A DNA stretch of 64,000 nucleotides from Macrostomum lignano (taxonomy: Eukaryota): the NCBI GenBank assembly GCA_002269645.1, contig NIVC01002851.1:62001-126000 (forward strand). The letters run 5' to 3'. The notes beneath the pieces were generated by a model that searched no databases, was not told the origin of the DNA, and saw nothing but the letters and a program-made list of their open reading frames with translations. This document shows, piece after piece, positions 1-11,786 of this stretch. Each line of letters begins with the position of its first letter. Position 1 is the stretch's first letter. Position numbers and translations under genes: made by a program.

Positions 1-300
1 CTACATGATTTTTTCCATAATCCTCATTCCCCAATTATCTTAACTGCTTGATTCTTCCCATTATTGGCAATTATCCCAGCTACATGATTTTTCTTATTAT
101 CGCCAATTATCCCAGCTACATGATTTTTCCCATTATCCCCAATTATCCCAACTACATTGTTCTTCCCATTATGCCCAATTATCCCAACTACATGATTTTT
201 CCCATTATCTCTAATCATCCCAACTGCTTGATTCTTCCCATAATCTCCAATTATCCCAACTACAAAGATTCTTCTCATTATCCCTAATTATCTGAACTGC
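1..300. repeat. Degenerate ~36-bp minisatellite (TTCCCATTATCCCAATTATCCCAACTACATGATT-like), probably intronic
   Basis: Visible tandem repetition; lies upstream of the acceptor at 485. Confidence 0.8.
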
Positions 301-485
301 TTGATTTTTCCCATTATCCCCAACTGTTCCTTTATCCATAATTATCCTAAAAGCACAGTTGTCACAATAATCAAACCAAATATTCATATCTCCCCAATTA
401 TCCCATCATATTAGTTTCCCTTTCTTAACAATACATGTAAAGTATCTCATGAATGAGCAAAGCATTATTTAATCCCAAATCGCAG

Positions 486-2229
486 ATACGACGGTCTTTA
501 CAGAGTAGAGAAATGGTGGTACACCACCGGCATGGCGGGTTTCGGCGTCTACAAGTTTGCGTTCAAGCGCCTGCCAGATCAGGCGCCGGCGCCATGGGAA
601 GAAGCTGCGGCCGAACCGGTTGTGTACAACTTCCGGACAGACTATCGACCCGAAGAGGAGGAACCATCAGCTGCTGTCGCCACCGATGCCGACGAAAACA
701 CGGCTGTACCCCCAACCGATAATAATGCTACTACTAATAGTAGCTGCGTCCAAGAAGAGGAATCGTCAAAGAAAACTGACGAGAAACGACGGGGTCGTAA
801 AAAGAAATCGACAAGTAAAACAAATGACGCCGGATTGGCGGTCCCTGGCGGGGCTCCAGTTGAATTGGACTACGAAGCCGTGTTGTCCGGCCAGATTGAC
901 GTTGGCGGCGGGACTGCCGACTGCGAGGCTGATGGAAAGAAAAAATCCGGACAGAATGGTAAAATTATGAGGATTACGTCAGTTGGTCAGTGATAGTAGT
1001 AGCAGTTCACTGCAATTGCATAACAATTGGTTACCTAGCAGCATAGCAACAGGTTACCAAGCTGCATAGCAACGGGTTACCTAGTTGCATAGCAACTGTT
1101 TACATAACTGCATAGCAACAGGTTACCAAGCTGCATAGCAACAGGTTACCAAGCTGCATAGCAACAGGTTACCAAGCTGCATAGCAACAGGTTACCAAGC
1201 GGCATAGCAACAGGTTACCAAGCTACATAGCAACGGGTTATCAAGCTGCATAGCAACTGTTTACATAACTGCTTAGAAACAGGTTACCAAGCTGCATAGC
1301 AACGGGTTACCTAGTTGCATAGCAACTGTTTACATAACTGCATAGCAACAGGTTACCAAGCTGCATAGCAACAGGTTACCAAGCTGCATAGCAACAGGTT
1401 ACCAAGCGGCATAGCAACAGGTTACCAAGCTGCATAGCAACAGGTTACCAAGCTGCATAGCAACAGGTTACCAAGCGGCATAGCAACAGGTTACCAAGCG
1501 GCATAGCAACAGGTTACCAAGCTACATAGCAACGGGTTATCAAGCTGCATAGCAACTGTTTACATAACTGCTTAGAAACAAGTTACCAAGCGGCATAGCA
1601 ACAGGTTACCAAGCTGCATAGCAACAGGTTACCAAGCGGCATAGCAACAGGTTACCAAGCTGCATAGCAACGGTTTACCTAGTTGCATAGCAATGGCTTT
1701 CCTAGTTGCATAGCAACGGGTTACCTAGTTGCATAGAAACGTTTTATCAAGCCGCATAGCAACTGTTTGCATAGCTGCATAGCAACTGGTTACCCAGCAG
1801 CATAGAAATACCAATCAGGCAATACTGATCAGGTTCTTACACGCATAGCAACTTTAAAATTTAATTCAAGATCCCAACAACGATCTCGAGCCGCCCGCCA
1901 CCGTTGCCGCTGATGGCATCGCCGAGAAGAAGCGTCGCGGAGGTCGCAAATCGAAGGCAGCAGCAACAGCAGCAGTTCCCACAGAACCGTTGCCAAGCCA
2001 AGATTCAACTAGCAACGAGAAGAAGCTTGATGTAGAAAATGTGGATCCAATCACGATCTCTGCTGCTGCTGCAGATCAGCCAAATAAGAGACGCGGTCGA
2101 AAGTCGAAGTCTGTTGTTGAGGCTGCTTTTGTGGCTCCGCCGCCCCCGCCGCCTCCTCCTCCTCCACTAGAAGAAGCAGAATTCGTGTCTCCACCGAGGA
2201 AACGATCGCGTTTCTACTTTGAAGATTAG
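486..2229 (+). CDS. 3' part of an SRA/YDG-domain protein with a long low-complexity basic tail (5' exons outside the window)
   Basis: Exon 486-958 follows cgcag and reads (R)YDGLYRVEKWWYTTGMAGFGVYKFAFKRLPDQAPAPW, the C-terminal end of an SRA domain. Donor AATG|gtaaaa at 959 and acceptor ttcaag| at 1870 are phase-compatible. Exon 1871-2229 ends RFYFED*. Confidence 0.8.
1025..1810. repeat. 23-bp intronic minisatellite GCATAGCAACAGGTTACCAAGCT
   Basis: About 34 tandem units inside the 959-1870 intron. Confidence 0.95.
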
Positions 2230-3035
2230 ACACCTAAAATATGATTTTCGTCACAATGTTGACATTCGATTTCAAACATGTAGTTGTTGTGACGGTGTTC
2301 ATAGTAACAGAATTTCCTCATCTTCATCTTCTCTCTCTATTCCTTCTCCTTTCCTGTCCTCTTAGTATAAGTAATAGCGGCAATATTGGCAGGATTGGCC
2401 ATAGACATTTCACACCGCTGCCTTTTCGGTAGTTAGAGCGGACCTGTATAGACAGCGCTTATATCAGCCACCACATTGTCGAAATCAAATAGTTTCATTA
2501 TAAAATCAAAACCAGTTTTTAAAGCACTTTAAGTACTTTTAAAACAACAGCTTAGTTTGCATTATTTCAAATTCAGTGTATTTTTATATTGATGCCAACT
2601 TTACCGTTTTAAGTTTTTCTGCAGGTCTATATTGTATCGCATTTTATGTAGTTGAGCTAAGCTATTAACTTTTTATATAGCTAATATGGTGCTGTTAATT
2701 CATCGTATTTACAAACTTTCTAAATGTACATTTATTTTAGTGTGTTCTTAATTATTCAACAAGAAATATTACATGTAGCTTGTATACTGCATTTTTATAA
2801 CTGCCTAACTATTAGCTCAATGCTGCTAACAACCGGTGCTTACATTTCTGTTTGATTTGATAAAAATATTTCCTTAATTAAGTGTCAAAAATACAACAAA
2901 AAAGTTTCTGCCAAAAAAGCTATGAGCTTGTTTATCTCAGCCTTCTTTATCTTTGTTGCTGGGAATTTTTTCTGCCTAATTGTTTTATTTTTTATAAAGG
3001 ATGTATTTAAATGTATTTGTGTAAATTATCGATTC

Positions 3036-3412
3036 AATTAGTCTATGGCCACAACCCCAGCTGCTAGCTGTATATACGGATCCGATTAGTCTATGGCCAC
3101 AACCCCAGCTGCTAGCTGTTTATAAGTATCCGATTAGTCTATGGCCACAACCCCAGCTGCTAGCTGTATATACGTATCCGATTAGTCTATGGCCACAACC
3201 CCAGCTGCTAGCTGTATATACGTATCCGATTGGCTAGTCTATGGCCACAACCCCAGCTGCTAGCTGTATATACGTATCCGATTGGCTAGTCTATGGCCAC
3301 AACCTCAGCTGCTAGCTGTATATACGTTTCCGATTAGTCTACGACCACTTCCTCAGCTGCTGTATGTATATATATAACTATAAGAATCCGATTAGTCTAT
3401 GGCCACGACCCT
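3036..3412. repeat. 48-52-bp minisatellite GATTAGTCTATGGCCACAACCCCAGCTGCTAGCTGTATATACGTATCC
   Basis: About 7 tandem units directly upstream of KTI12. Confidence 0.95.
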
Positions 3413-3439
3413 CACCTACCGGCTACACCCTACTCACTT

Positions 3440-4312
3440 CTGCCACTGGTCCTGCTTTGCGGACTTCCCTCATCGGGCAAGTCGACTCGAGCTCGTCAGC
3501 TGATCGAGTACCTGTCAGTTAAGTTCCCGGATCGTCGGGTCAGCCTCATAGACGAATCGATCTGTGTATCCGGCTCTACCACAGCTGGTGCCGCAGTCAA
3601 GACCGCCATCTATGCTGGCGCCGCGGCCGAAAAAGAGGCGCGCTCGTGTTTGAAATCTGAAACTGAACAACGCTTAGCGGCATCACCAACTGATGTTGTA
3701 ATATTAGATTCGTTAAACTATATCAAAGGCTACAGATACGAACTGTACTGCTCTGTGAAGCATCTCAGACATACTCAATGCCTTATACATTGCGACGTGT
3801 CGCCAGAAACGGCTAAAAGTTGGAACGCTCAACGGCCTGTAGAGGATCGCTATCCTGAGGATCTATTCGACCAATTGTGCGCAAGATTTGAAGAGCCAAA
3901 TGCTACTAATCGTTGGGATTCGCCTCTAGTTCTGGCGCCTAACGCGGAACCGTTACTATGCTCGAATGTGTGCCAGGCGCTGTTCAATCGAGCGCCGGAT
4001 CGGCCTAACCAATCCACTCAGTCTAGGCCGTCAGCTGCTTCCGATTTTCTGCCGAATTTCGACGCAGCGACGCGCGACGTTATGCAACGGGTGATGGCTG
4101 CTCAGACTGGTGCCCTGCCGGGTGACGAACTCATCATTGCCGGGTGTAAGCGCAGGCTCATCTATACTAGGCAGCTGACTATGGGCGAATTGCAACGATG
4201 CAGGAAACAGTTTCTAACTGGCCTGAGGTCTAGACCGGCCACGGCTGCTGCGGCTACTGATGCTGCCGCTGTTACTGAACTGTTTGTTGACTACCTGAAT
4301 AGCGCTTTGTGA
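3440..4312 (+). CDS. KTI12: KTI12 homologue (Elongator-associated P-loop ATPase), single exon; start codon anomalous
   Basis: Frame is open from 3440: (L)PLVLLCGLPSSGKSTRARQL (Walker A), DSLNYIKGYRYELYC, FEEPNATNRWDSPL, ELFVDYLN. These are KTI12 hallmark motifs. Confidence 0.92.
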   Translation: MPLVLLCGLPSSGKSTRARQLIEYLSVKFPDRRVSLIDESICVSGSTTAGAAVKTAIYAGAAAEKEARSCLKSETEQRLAASPTDVVILDSLNYIKGYRYELYCSVKHLRHTQCLIHCDVSPETAKSWNAQRPVEDRYPEDLFDQLCARFEEPNATNRWDSPLVLAPNAEPLLCSNVCQALFNRAPDRPNQSTQSRPSAASDFLPNFDAATRDVMQRVMAAQTGALPGDELIIAGCKRRLIYTRQLTMGELQRCRKQFLTGLRSRPATAAAATDAAAVTELFVDYLNSAL

Positions 4313-4514
4313 AGCTTGTTTTGCCACTGCTAATCTTGGTTCTAAAGACCACTAGAAGTTACCAAAGTTATTGCAGGGCGATTCCAGCCATTCAGCCATA
4401 ATCTAATTTTTAGTTTTCTATCAAATAATATAGCATAGGGTAGTAAGATATCTTTATTAATAATATTGATAACTACACCTGCCCTAATGGTCAGATGTGC
4501 AACCGACAGCTCAG

Positions 4515-4705
4515 CCGCAGCTATTGCGCGGCGCATCTGAAGGCTGCGTACGGCTGTTCAGTCCAAGGACTGCGGGGTCGCCACACACACCTTCAATTAT
4601 CCCAGCTAATGCTGGCACCAAATTAAGTTTCTTGCCCAGTGGGATCGGTAATCGAACCCCCGACCTTCAAAGTCGTGAGTCCGACGCTCTTAACACTAGG
4701 CTACA
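4515..4705 (-). mobile_element. tRNA-headed SINE relic (family A)
   Basis: The reverse complement of 4640-4705 has A-box (GTAGCCTAGTG) and B-box (GGTTCGATTAC) motifs. The body GCGCGGCGCATCTGAAGGCTGCGTACGGCTGTTCA...CCAGCTAATGCTGGCACC recurs at 55138-55345. Confidence 0.65.
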
Positions 4706-5748
4706 ACCCTCACATAACTCTAATAAACAGCTAAAGCCCGTTGAAACCGTTACCAAGACGAGAATCGTAAAAAAAAGTTATTGCAAGTGCGGGTTTCTTT
4801 ATAGCAGTCTAATAGAATGCTTCTTTTGAAGGCAAGCATCGCTATATACACCATACACGTAAACATGAAAGCCTTCAAATAATTTTTACAATTTTAGGCG
4901 TGCTGCATCCTATGATACAACGGTAACTTCTAGTGGTCCTTGCCTAGACTTTTTTGCGCGCTTGTAAATACAACGGCAGAATTAGAAACCGTCTTATTTG
5001 TGTGTTATTGTTCGATAAACTTATTTTGCTAATATGCTCGTAAATAAGACTTAGGTTAGATTTAGTGTTGCCTGCTCAAGTTTCAGTGGAAAGGGCGCTT
5101 GTCTATGAATCTGATTAGTTATTAGCACATAACTAGAATATCTATACTAAGTGGGCCCACTCAGGCATATATACTTAATAAAGCAGCTTTCTACTTTCAG
5201 TTCAGTAGCAAAGAAGAATATATAAGCTATTTTATAATAAAGGCAGCTGGGATTACTTTAATAAGTTTAGAAGCCCAAGCTTGTAGGCGTAAACAGCTTG
5301 CTAATTGGTTTAGCCACAATGTACATTGGCCAGTCCACTGAAATGTACATGGCAGCTTTAGGCTGGAATTCTGAGAAAGGCAATAAAAATTGGGCGGGGC
5401 GGGGGGGGGGTAGTGTGGAAAGGCGCGGTTGGAGGGTTTAAACTGGGGCTAAGAGCCAATAAATGAGCCTTGGCTTTAAAAATGCATTAAAATGCCTCTG
5501 TTTAACTTACTACTGAACTGAAAGTAGCTTATAAGCAAACTTGCTCGAGTGGCCCATCTAGCTATTATACGAGCTAGTATCTGGCTATTTAGTTAAGTTT
5601 ATTTAAATAATTAATGACTGTCTATTGCATTAAATTGCACAAATATACTATAGTTCACTAACTTAGTTTTCTAATTCTTAATTATTTCAGAAGGAACTGT
5701 AGACAAAACTCCCAAAAAAACTGATCAAATCTGTGTTACAAAAACATC

Positions 5749-8700
5749 ATGGCCGACGCTCGCCAACAGGAGTACATACTGAAGTCTCACAGTCCCCAGC
5801 TGCTTAAAGAACTATTAAGAACCATAGCCTATGAGAATGCCGCTTCGTTCGATAAATTATTAGAGCTGGCCTTTGTCTATGGCAATTTGCCAGCCGTGTT
5901 GGCCTTGGTAACGGAGGCGGCCGAAACTCGGCCGGATCGATTTAATGCGCAGAGGAATTTGCGCTACAAGCTCTGCAGGCACATCCGGTATCACCTGGCC
6001 AAGTTCAGTCCGCAGGATGCGCCACAGCTTCTGTCGCTGGTGTCCGGCCCTGCTCAGACTGCTCTATTCCAAGATCTTCTTCAGAGCTCACCGGCTCTGA
6101 CCGGAGATCGCTTGTTTGCTCTGCTAGACTCTGGCTGCGTTGCTATTGGCAACGATTGCGTACTTAGCGCCGCTAGGCGACTCTATAGTTGCCAGGGTAG
6201 CGTTGCTATGGAAGCGATGCGAGCTCTGGTTCAACGCGGCTATCCTGTCAACGTGAAGCCGGAGCCTGTCGCTTTTAATCTTGACTTTCTCGGTCCCGAA
6301 GATGACCCGGTCATGGAGCATCCGTGCTCCGATGGCACCCCGCTGCACTGCGCAGCTCTGTACGCCATCGGGGTGGACTTTCTGCTGCAGCACGGAGCCG
6401 ACTGCACGGCAACCGATGCCAATGGCAACACGCCATTAGTCTATGCGGCCACCGAGGGCCACTGCGAGGCTGTGAGTGATTGGTTCATTAGCTCCGTGTT
6501 CTGGCGTATGATATACAAGGTGTGTCCGGAAAGTTCCGACACTTAATCCGAGAGCAAAGAAATAAAAAGCGATGTTTTGTCCTCAAAGAAACGAATTGTA
6601 ATCATTCATCATCATCATCAACCTTCAAGGCAGCCTTCCCAACACAGTCTCCACCGGTAGCAACACTTAGACAAATAAAAAGAAAAGATGGTAGCCCAGC
6701 TTCTATAATAAATACTTCAAGTAGACTATTGTCTAATAATTTTTTTATTAGAGGCAGGGGGTTGTGTGCACCCTGGCGCACTTTAAGCGACATTGGCACA
6801 CAACCGGCGAGAGGCATTACTGCCCATTCCGCCGACTCCCCTGAGCAGGCATACAAGCGCGCGGATACGTACGCAGGCACACACTCACATAGGAGTGTAC
6901 AGCGGCCCTAACTTTATATTATCGTTAGGCATGTACACTTCACTGCGCCTTGGGAGGTTGGCTCTCAAGGCCGTTAATTGCACGAGCAGAGCCAAGCTGA
7001 GATTCCAATTCAGCCCCAAATTAATGTGACTGCACTTGGAATCGGGCCTGGGTCGCTGGCACACCAGAGCAGCTGCGCTACCGCTGGGCTACGGCCCCCC
7101 CCCCACCTGTAGCAACACACTTTTCCCATCGCTTGAGCATTCCGTGCCTTTGGCCTTCTTTCGATTGCACACTCATGATGATGTCAATAATCACAAAAAT
7201 CAAAACACTTGACTGAGCAAAACACTTTGCAAAGTGCAAAACAGTGAGATTTGCTTTCAAGTGCCGGAGTGTATAAAATACTCAACACAGAAGAAGGGCT
7301 GCGGGCACCCTGGCGCAATGCCTTCGGCGACAGTCCCACAGCACCAGCTCTGAGGCCATTATTCTGTCCATTCCGCTGGCTCCTGAGCACCTACGCAGGC
7401 ACGCACTCATAGACACGCTCACACGGGGTGTACATCGGCCCTTTGACTGTCTAATCGTCAGGCATGTGCACTCACTGTGGCGTGTGTACGAATCGCAGGA
7501 CAACCACCTGCTAATTTTCGTGCACACAAGCCCCAAATGAATGCGTTTGCGCGCGGAATCGAACCCGGGGTCTCTGCGCGAGAGTCGGGCGTGTTTACCG
7601 CTATCTAGATAGTGTCCTTTTGACTGGGATAGCTGGATGTTTTAAAGGTCAGAATTTAGTAAATTTTGAAAGTTAAATAAATTACCAACGTCTCTACCTT
7701 TATCCTTTACACTGCTAAGCCTCAAGACTCCATGTTTACAGATTATTCGAATTCAACAATTAGTAGAATTCTTGAAATCCTAAGAATTCCATTCACTATA
7801 AAATTAGTGATATATCGAATAAAATATGGATTATAGAAAATATGGAACTCATACTACTCATAGTACGAGTCTTAAAGGTTCGGATCTCTGACCAATGCCT
7901 TCTCAGATCCGAGCCCTGGTGCTGCACTGTCCGCAGGCTATTAACATTGTCAACACCGCTCACCAGAGCCCGCTTAGCATTCTGGCTGACAAATCGCACG
8001 CCGATTGCGTCCGCTTGTTGCTAAGCAACGGAGCCGATCCGCTTCCCGTGATGCCGTCTATTGTGTCCACGGCCGTAGCCTTCCTGCGCGGCGACATCGG
8101 CGGCCCAAAAGCCGACCCGTTTGGCACTATGGAGGCTTTGCTTGGCTACAACTGCTTGCATCATCCGAAGGATTTCTCTCTAGCCGCTTACTTCCCGCCT
8201 GATAGGTTTGCTGCTTGTTTAATTTGTTTTTCTTTAGTAATTTATTACTATATATATCTGGCTTGAAAATCCCCATAGCAACGCCCTAGCAACTTGCTTG
8301 AAAATCCCCATGGCAACGCTCTAGCAACTTGCTTAAAAATCCCCATGGCAACGCCCTAGCAACTGGCTTGAAAATCCCCATGGCAACGCTCTAGCAACTG
8401 GCTTAAAAAGCCCCATGGCAACGCCCTACCAAACGGCTTGAAAATGCCCATGGCAATGCTCTAGCAACTGGCTTAAAAATCCCCATAGCAACGCCCTAGC
8501 AACTGGCTTAAAAATCCCCATGGCAACGCCCTAGCAACTGGCTTAAAAATCCCCATGGCAATGCTCTAGCAACTGGCTTAAAAATCCCCATAGCAACGCC
8601 TTAGCAACTGGCTTAAAAATCCCCTTGGCAACGCCCTAGCAACTGGCTTAAAAATCCCCATGGCAATGCTCTAGCAAACAGCTTGAAAATGCCCATGGCA

Positions 8701-9179
8701 ACTGCCTAAGAAACAATTTAACCAATATCTGCATTTTCCGCAGGATTAATCTACCTGATCTAATCTGCCTGGCTGCCAGCGGTGCGCGCGCCTCCGAACT
8801 GCTCGTTGCGCCTGCGCCAACTTCGTCTCTGTGCGGCTCATTATCGAGTCTGGCATTGGCTAAGCTCCGCATTCTCTACCTGGTATTCATCATCATGTTC
8901 AAGCTGCCCTCTGGCCCAGCTTGGATTGCCGCTATTAAACGCGCCATCTTGTCCACAGCGACTGATGCTCAGGATCAGAGCGAGCTGCCAGAATCAGCCA
9001 TCGAAGCTGGTCGAACTTTAACCGAATGGCTAAGCCAGCCTCCCAGTCTGTTGCTATCCACCGCTTTGAAGGTGCACTCCCTGCTGGGGCCGGCTAATTA
9101 CTCTGCCAAAATCGATCGGCTGCCTCTGCCGAGTGCTCTGAAACGTCAGTTATTTCTAGTTGACGTGCGTCCCGTCTGA
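5749..9179 (+). CDS. Ankyrin-repeat and SOCS-box protein (ASB-like E3 adaptor), ~485 aa
   Basis: Exons 5749-6471, 7907-8205 and 8744-9179 have GT-AG boundaries and matching phases. Ankyrin motifs DGTPLHCAA, NGNTPLVYAATEGH and HQSPLSILA...LLSNGAD; C-terminal SOCS box PPSLLLSTALKV...IDRLPLPSALKRQL. Confidence 0.85.
6755..7095 (-). mobile_element. tRNA-headed SINE relic (family B)
   Basis: Body (GCACCCTGGCGCA...CGCAGGCAC...GTGTACAGCGGCCCT...ATCGTTAGGCA) is shared with 7290-7605, 27312-27410 and 54360-54570; degenerate tRNA-like end at about 7035-7095. Confidence 0.55.
7290..7605 (-). mobile_element. tRNA-headed SINE relic (family B), second copy
   Basis: Homologous to 6755-7095; the reverse complement of 7550-7605 is tRNA-like with B box GGGTTCGATTCC. 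Confidence 0.6.
8262..8705. repeat. 35-bp intronic minisatellite TTGAAAATCCCCATGGCAACGCCCTAGCAACTGGC
   Basis: About 12 units in ASB-like intron 2. Confidence 0.95.
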
Positions 9180-9354
9180 TTTTTTCGTGTTTGTGGGCGC
9201 GGTTTTTTTCTCGCTTGTCTGACTACCGATATGTATCGAAAGTTTGTAACTGACAAAAATGTTACCATTGAAATGCTGCGTTTAAAAAAAATTAGTTTTG
9301 TTGCAGGCGCCTCACTTTTCGATCTAGTCAGTTTTAGTGACTCTTGACGAGCTC

Positions 9355-10478
9355 ATTAGTCTATGGCCACAACCCTGCTACAGCTGTTTCGCTCTAGCCA
9401 CTATCTATATACACTTGAAATTGGATTAGTCTATGGCCACAACCCTGCTACAGCTGTTTCGCTCTAGCCACTATCTATATACACTTGAAATTGGATTAGT
9501 CTATGGCCACAACCCTGCTACAGCTGTTTCACTCTAGCCACTATCTATATACACTTGAAATTGGATTAGTCTATGGCCACAACCCTGCTACAGCTGTTTC
9601 GCTCTAGCCACTATCTATATACACTTGAAATTGGATTAGTCTATGGCCACAACCCTGCTACAGCTGTTTCGCTCTAGCCACTATCTATATACACTTGAAA
9701 TTGGATTAGTCTATGGCCACAACCCTGCTACAGCTGTTTCACTCTAGCCACTATCTATATACACTTGAAATTGGATTAGTCTATGGCCACAACCTGCTAC
9801 AGCTGTTTCACTCTAGCCACTATCTATATACACTTGAAATTGGATTAGTCTATGGCCACAACCTGCTACAGCTGTTTCACTCTAGCCACTATCTATATAC
9901 ACTTGAAATTTAATTAGTCTATGGCCACAACCCTGCTACAGCTGGTTCACTCTAGCCGCTATCTATATACACTTGAAATTGGATTAGTCTATGGCCACAA
10001 CCCTGCTACAGCTGGTTCACTCTAGCCACTATCTATATACACTTGAAATTGGATTAGTCTATGGCCACAACCCTACTACAGCTGTTTCACTCTAGCCACT
10101 ATCTATATACACTTGAAATTAAATTAGTCTATGGCCACAACCCTGCTACAGCTGGTTCACTCTAGCCGCTATCTATATACACTTGAAATTGGATTAGTCT
10201 ATGGCCACAACCCTGCTACAGCTGGTTCACTCTAGCCACTATCTATATACACTTGAAATTGGATTAGTCTATGGCCACAACCCTGCTACAGCTGGTTCAC
10301 TCTAGCCGCTATCTATATACACTTGAAATTGGATTAGTCTATGGCCACAACCCTGCTACAGCTGGTTCACTCTAGCCGCTATCTATATACACTTGAAATT
10401 GGATTAGTCTATGGCCACAACCCTGCTACAGCTGGTTCACTCTAGCCACTATCTAAATACACTTGAAATTGGATTAGT
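9355..10478. repeat. 70-bp minisatellite GGATTAGTCTATGGCCACAACCCTGCTACAGCTG...ACTTGAAATT
   Basis: About 16 near-identical tandem units with no spacers. Confidence 0.97.
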
Positions 10479-11002
10479 ATTAGTATTAGGAGTACTCGTA
10501 GCATTAATGACAGTATTAGTAATGTGAAAGTTAACCGAAATGTCAAAGGCTATTTCTAATGGTTATTAATTAATTTATTAAATATTAAATGTCAAGGTTT
10601 TACATTTTTAAAGGTTCTATTGATCTTTTCCTCCAACAAGTTTATATATGCCGTTTTCTTAATAATACTTTGCCTTTTCAACAACTTTTCGTGCAATTTT
10701 TTTCTCAAATCGCTACCACTTGCAGCTGCTTGTGCAAACCGTACTGTCTGTCGTCTGGGCTTTCACAGCGAATCGAACCCACAAACCTTTTTCACCCTGT
10801 TTGCTCGCTAGTCATGCCTCTCAGCATGCGCTTTTTTCGTTTGCTATGCACCTGACCTTTGCCTGTAGTTGTCTTTTTCTACCCTTGTTAGTTTTCATAT
10901 TTTCTGATTGTTGCAACACAAAAAGTATTTCAGTATTTCTCTTAATACGTTTTCATCTGGCTCGGCTTTTGTTGTCTGTTATTTAAAATTCTTTTTAATT
11001 GA

Positions 11003-11028
11003 TCGATAGATAGATAGATTGATTGTTT

Positions 11029-11104
<76 letters not shown>

Positions 11105-11378
11105 CATACATACATGCGCAACAGTCGGCCGAGTCGGCCGATCCGGCCGACCGATTTGGCGGCCAACCAAGGTAAGTCGCAAAAATGCCCAGCCCAAAAA
11201 ACACAGACGTAGTACTAATTTTATGACGAGGCATTTAGCCCTTATAAGACAGTCATAGTTACTCCTGCCGTCTACCCAAAATTGCGTTATGCCATTTTCA
11301 TTCACATGTAAGTCGCACGGCCGACCAAATTTTGGAGGTTGCGCATGTATGGATAGATAGATAGACAGATAGATAGAC

Positions 11379-11409
<31 letters not shown>

Positions 11410-11601
11410 CAGATAGATAGACAGATAGATAGATAGATAGATAGATAGACAGATAGATAGACAGAAGATAGATAGATAGATAGACAGATAGATAGACAGA
11501 TAGATAGATAGATAGATAGATAGACAGATAGATAGACAGATAGATAGATAGATAGATAGACAGATAGATAGATAGATAGACAGATAGATAGATAGATAGA
11601 C

Positions 11602-11632
<31 letters not shown>

Positions 11633-11655
11633 CAGATAGATAGAAAGATAGATAT
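11003..11655. repeat. (GATA/GACA)n microsatellite split by a MITE
   Basis: Two GATA tracts, ~11003-11110 and ~11350-11655. Confidence 0.97.
11113..11347. mobile_element. 235-bp MITE with 10-bp TIR CATGCGCAAC and TA target-site duplication
   Basis: ta|CATGCGCAAC (11113-11122) ... GTTGCGCATG|ta (11338-11347). Confidence 0.6.
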
Positions 11656-11786
11656 TTCTATCCATAACAAAATCAGACATAATTTATCTGCAATACTGTC
11701 TCCAACAGTCTACTAACAGTAGATGAATATGCAAAAATTCTCGCCGCAACAAATTTCAGCAGTAGGCAAAAAGAAGATAGGTGATA

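Noticed and set aside
4640-4705. Functional tRNA genes (also ~7035-7095 and 7550-7605)
   Set aside because: A/B boxes are present but I could not form complete acceptor stems, and they are attached to dispersed repeat bodies, so they are treated as SINE heads
9355-10478. Regular repeat arrays as CRISPR loci
   Set aside because: Units are head-to-tail with no unique spacers, there are no cas genes, and the context is eukaryotic
10979-11680. Long SIYL-repeat ORFs (also 31689-33807, 43031-43306 and 49992-50285)
   Set aside because: Translations of (GATA/GACA)n microsatellites that lack stops in some frames; no coding signal
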